Assembly (NCBI GenBank): GCA_963706795.1
Contig: OY970170.1
Span: 360,001-392,000, forward strand
DNA length: 32,000 bases
Origin: Candidatus Saccharimonadota bacterium
GTDB taxonomy: Bacteria > Patescibacteriota > Gracilibacteria > BD1-5 > UBA2023
Direction: 5' to 3'
The position numbers and the translations under genes are program-made. This document shows, in pieces, positions 28,189-32,000 of the stretch. The notes under the pieces are model-generated. The model made no database searches. It was not told the DNA's origin and saw only the letters and a program-made list of their open reading frames with translations. How positions within the stretch are numbered: position 1 is the first letter of the stretch; every line of letters starts with the position of its first letter.

Positions 28189-28542
28189 ATGTCCACACGA
28201 GACATCTGAGCGAGCGGTGAAGATATTGCGGAAGCATATCTTTTACGCAATGACTACACTATCCAAACAAATAACTGGACCGTTCCTGGTGGAGAATTAG
28301 ATATCGTCGCCGAAAAAAATGGCATCGTTATTTTTGTGGAAGTAAAATTTCGTACGAGCACACGACTTGGGCATTCGAGAGAGAGCCTTGGAACTCTCAA
28401 AAAGAGATATTTCCGCAGAAGTGGCATGCTCTATGCAACAAAACATGGACTTCGCGAAGAACAGATCAGATTCGACTTTATTGCGATACAAAAAAACTCG
28501 AGTGGATACCATCTCGAGCATTTTTGTAATATTGAAGTGTAG
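28189..28542 (+). CDS. yraN: YraN-family (UPF0102) endonuclease-like protein
   Basis: MSTRDI-G-ASGEDIAEAYLLRNDYTIQTNNWTVPGGELDIVAEKNGIVIFVEVKFRTS...RFDFIAIQ. One TGA at 28207-28209. Extends track ORF 28336..28542. Ends in TAG. Confidence 0.75.
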
Positions 28543-28545
28543 GTT

Positions 28546-28971
28546 CTAGACTTCCTCGCTATCGAGACCGGCTTTGAGTGAATCGATACGAGCTTGATCA
28601 GCATTTGCACGCTCACGCTCTTTTGCTTCTCCGATATAGATTTCGCGAAGCTGTTGCCATCCGTCACGTGATTTGATGACGAGATCTTTGATCACTTCAC
28701 CTTCTTTAGTAAGGAGTTTGCGAAATTCTTCACGCTCATCTTCAAAGACCTTGTGGAGTTCGTCGATTTGAAATTGTGAAAGCGTAGGAATAGCATCAAC
28801 TACGCGCTTCTTTTCAGAAACTGAGAGTGAGAGAGAGTGTTCGAGGAGCTCTGCAAAATAGATTTCATCAAACTCTGTGAGCGGATGAACGGACATGAGC
28901 TCATAAATGAGGGCATTGTCTTCTTTGTATTGAGCGAGGGCTACACCCTGAGGGCTGTCGTCTTGAGTCAT
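28546..28971 (-). CDS. Hypothetical acidic helical protein (141 aa)
   Basis: Uninterrupted ORF. Its ATG lies 1 nt after the yebC-family stop, which suggests co-transcription. Ends in TAG. Confidence 0.55.
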   Translation of the reverse strand: MTQDDSPQGVALAQYKEDNALIYELMSVHPLTEFDEIYFAELLEHSLSLSVSEKKRVVDAIPTLSQFQIDELHKVFEDEREEFRKLLTKEGEVIKDLVIKSRDGWQQLREIYIGEAKERERANADQARIDSLKAGLDSEEV

Positions 28972-28972
28972 A

Positions 28973-29743
28973 TTAGGTTCGAAAACGGGTTTTTTCTACG
29001 TGATTGAGGATCTGTTCTGCAATCGATTCGGGAATGATTGCATTGTGCCAAACGGCAACAACATCTTCGTCATCTTCGAGAGTCTCGATGAGTGTATGCA
29101 CCTTGAGAGCCTTGTCAAACTCCTCAAGTGTAACGGTTACTGTGGGGATATATTCAAAATTTGCACTCGTATAGGCAATATTTTTTTGTGCTAAAAACTT
29201 CGCAACCTTCATGAGGTCTGACCAGACAGTTTCGATCAAAACGACATCATTTTCAACTCGATAGTCTTCAGCCCCTGACTCGATAATGATTTCTTCGAGC
29301 TCAGGTGTTACCTCACTATTTGGAAGCTCGATAATACCGCGATATTTAAATGCAAAATTAGAAACCGAACCCGTCTCACCAAGTGTACCAGAACATTTTG
29401 AAAATGCATGTCGCATACTCGGCGCAGTACGATTGCGATTGTCTGTGAGGGATTTTACGACTACCGCAACTCAGCCAGGTCCGTAACCCTCATAAGTAAC
29501 CTCTTCGATGGCGACTGCGCCTTTTTCTTGTCAGCTACCATTGCGAATGGCGCGGTCGATATTGTCATTTGGAACATTCGCTTTTTTGGCTGTCGCAATA
29601 GCCTCAGCAAGGGTGCTATTCTCGTGTGGATCCGCTCATTTTTGGGCAGCTAAGGCAATGAGTTTAGCGTGGATCGCAAAAACTTTGCCACGTTCTTTGG
29701 CATTTTGTTCTTTTTGTTTCTGTACAACTGGTCAGCGTCCCAT
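28973..29743 (-). CDS. YebC/PmpR-family transcriptional regulator
   Basis: [28 protein letters not shown]...[23 protein letters not shown] continues into track ORF 28973..29416. Four TGA. 256 aa. Ends in TAA. Confidence 0.85.
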
Positions 29744-29791
29744 AGTTTCGTAATGGCAATGAAAGTCGAATTATAGACGAGAATACCGACT

Positions 29792-30511
29792 TTACAAGGA
29801 TTTTGTAAGCATGAACAGGTATTCGAGATTTCAGGCTTCACCCTCGAGCGTGGATGATGCATCTGCGACAATATAGAGTCCAAAAAGTGAAACAAATGCC
29901 CTAAAATCCGTGAGTACAGAAGCAACAATAAGATCATTTTTAGGGACACCAGTCTTACGAAGATTGCGCGCACCTACCTCAAATTGAGGTTTAAAAAGCG
30001 CAACAATGCTTCCTGTTTTTGTAAGTAGTTTTTGTGCATGTGGAAGTACTTCTCGAAGCGAAATAAATGACACATCGATGGTAATAATCTCGAACAGTTC
30101 GGGACTTTGCCATGTGCGAATATCAGTATTTTCGAGTGATGTAATCTTAGGATTTCATCTGAGCGATTCATGCAGTTGTGCTGATCACACGTCGAGCGCC
30201 ACCACATGCTTCGCTCATTTTTCGAGAAGCACTTGAGTGAACCCCCCTGTAGAAGATCCGATATCGAGACAATGTTTCCCTGAGATATCTATAGGATATT
30301 CCTCAAGAAATCCAGCAAGTTTCATAGCACTACGCGCCACATAGCGCAAACGAGGATCGTCTTTTACCTGAACTTCGTGCGTTTCGAGCACTTCAAAAGA
30401 AGCTTTTTTTGTAGGCTTTCCATCGATAAAAACAAGCCCAGATTCGATTAAGAATTGGGCTCTATTACGAGAAAGTGTGAGTGATTGTGCAAGATACTGG
30501 TCGAGTCGCAT
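29792..30511 (-). CDS. tlyA: TlyA-family rRNA 2'-O-methyltransferase (S4 domain plus FtsJ-like domain)
   Basis: Track ORFs 30215..30511 and 29831..30073 are joined through TGA at comp(30215-30217), comp(30185-30187), comp(30155-30157) and comp(29831-29833). Motifs: LDIGSSTGGFTQVLL, LDV-G-SAQLHESLR-G-NPKI, EGEA-G-NLEYLF. Ends in TAA. Confidence 0.85.
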
Positions 30512-30537
30512 GTGAAACTTCAGGGAAAGATAATACG

Positions 30538-31401
30538 CTATATTCGTGTCTTCATGAATTCCCTCAATTTAGGCCCCAGATCTTCTCTGGCAAGTGCATA
30601 ATCAATCGTAGCCCTAAGAAATCCAAATTTATCACCCGTGTCATAGCGCATTCATTCGAGCTCAAGCCCGTAGATATCGCGATCTGCGAGCATGGCCATG
30701 AAGGCATCCGCAAGGCGTTTTTCGTTGTCTTTACCACTTGACGCTTTTTCGATGTAATCAAAAATATCAGGAGTCAGAACGTATTTACCAATTACACCCA
30801 GTCTCGAGCTTGTCTCGCTGGCTTTTGGTTTTTCAAGGAAGTGATCTACCTTATGGGCGCGTCATTCGGATGTTGTTGATTCGATGATTCCATAGCTCGA
30901 AACCTGATCATCAGTCACTCGCTCGAGCGCTATAATTGGCGATTGTTTCTGATGAAAAGCCTCAATAAGTTGAGCAGCTCAAGGAACACTATGCGAGATG
31001 AGATCATCCCCAAAAAGCACCAAAAATGGCTCATTGCCAACAAAATGTCGTGCATACATAAGCGCATCCCCATCACCGCGAGGCAGGGGTTGGCGAACAT
31101 AGGCAATATTTGCAAGATTTGAAACCTTTTCGACTTCTGCCAACTCTTTAACTTTACCTTTTTCTACGAGCGTGTATTCGAGCTCAAATGATGTATCAAA
31201 GTGATCCTCAATGCTTCGCTTCCCGCGCCCTGTAACAATAACAATATCCGTAATACCCGAAGCAACAGCTTCTTCTACAAGATATTGGATTACCGGCTTA
31301 TCAACAATCGGCAGCATTTCTTTTGGCTGAGCCTTGGTAGCAGGCAAAAATCGTGTCCCGAACCCTGCGGCTGGGATGATGCATTTGGTGATTGGTTTCA
31401 T
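30538..31401 (-). CDS. galU: UTP--glucose-1-phosphate uridylyltransferase
   Basis: [35 protein letters not shown]. Extended through TGA at comp(30979-30981), about comp(30862-30864) and comp(30652-30654). [25 protein letters not shown]. 287 aa. Ends in TAG. Confidence 0.9.
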
Positions 31402-31434
31402 GAAATTTTTGCTTATGATAGATGACTTTTTGTT

Positions 31435-31908
31435 TTATCCAAGCTTCTTCTTATTTTGCTTTCGGTGGCAAATATAGAGAGTGCGATAGACATAAGTAGT
31501 CGACGCTAAAAGTAGCAATACACCAATTGTTCGAACTTCATAGCCAAAAAATGGCAAACTCGACATGAGCGAAGACAGTCCTAGATATGTCGCAATAGTA
31601 ACACTACATGCAGGACAACCAGTCACCAAAATTGAGAAAAAAGACCCTAAAATTCCTGCTCAATCTTTTTTTTCGAATCGAGTAAAATGGATAATTTTAT
31701 AGGTCGAGAGCCCAAAAAATATTGGCGCAAAAATCAGCGTCAGCACACTTAAAAAAATCTCATAGTAATAAGCAAAAGAGCCAAGATTACCAAGAGTAAG
31801 CGCGAAGTCAGAAAAAGTGTATTCGATATATCCAAACACCACGAGCATCAGAAGAGTCGGAATGACGAACGCTCGAGAGCGCAGAATACGAGAGAGATTA
31901 TTCGTCAT
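31435..31908 (-). CDS. Polytopic membrane protein with an intramembrane CPAC (CxxC) motif
   Basis: Track ORFs 31660..31977 and 31435..31629 are joined through TGA at comp(31660-31662). LVTGCPACSVTIATYLG. Start uncertain: ATG at 31908 or 31950, or GTG at 31977. Ends in TAA. Confidence 0.5.
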
Positions 31909-32000
31909 GACCACCACAGGCTGCAGGATCTGGAAGACTATTCTGCTCATGTGCCGAAGATGGAACCATAGCAGCACGTGCTATTACCGCATCATTTGTC

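Noticed and set aside
1-32000. Translation table 4 (UGA = Trp, Mycoplasma-like) as the explanation
   Set aside because: Where I know the family consensus, the TGA sits at Gly positions: P-G-D in TsaE, GIV-G-P in FtsK gamma, AE-G in MurA, DV-G in TlyA. Normal TGG Trp codons are also used elsewhere, for example WSDTG in murE. This should still be confirmed by alignment.
1-32000. CRISPR arrays, transposases or integrases, reverse transcriptase/DGR repeats, prophage structural genes
   Set aside because: I saw no regularly spaced direct repeats and no ORF in any frame, under table 25, with recognisable motifs for these. The only repeat-like items are the paired terminator palindromes and the tRNA-Leu 3'-end copy, both reported above.

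Overview
This window reads as a genome that uses translation table 25, where UGA encodes Gly. That points to Gracilibacteria/Absconditabacteria-type Candidate Phyla Radiation (CPR) bacteria. The supplied standard-code ORF track splits about 20 recognisable genes into same-frame pieces. Every split I checked is an in-frame TGA, the checkable ones fall at conserved Gly positions, and real gene ends use only TAA or TAG. I therefore re-joined the pieces by hand, and all CDS coordinates below are table-25 models. Gene content by region: (1) 1-4615 (-), a type IV pilus block with pilN-like, pilO-like, pilC and four minor pilins. (2) Mostly core genes: tsaE, a PrsW-like protease, murA, hrcA, ftsK, clpC, dnaB, a short-N-terminus murE, def, secF, yraN, a yebC-family gene, tlyA and galU. 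(3) tRNA-Arg(TCG) and tRNA-Leu(GAG) on the minus strand. (4) Less ordinary segments: two autonomous small genes (8380-9226); a tandem secreted protein plus lipoprotein pair (14811-17649); a TGA-rich GGDEF protein (22450-23889); a small cassette next to the tRNAs with a PF04020-like membrane protein and a 176-aa orphan; a roughly 115-nt structured element carrying a copy of the tRNA-Leu 3' end; and a PrgI-like plus VirB4-N-domain-only pair (26982-28126). I saw no CRISPR array, transposase, integrase or reverse transcriptase. All homology calls come from motif recognition by eye, not from database searches.
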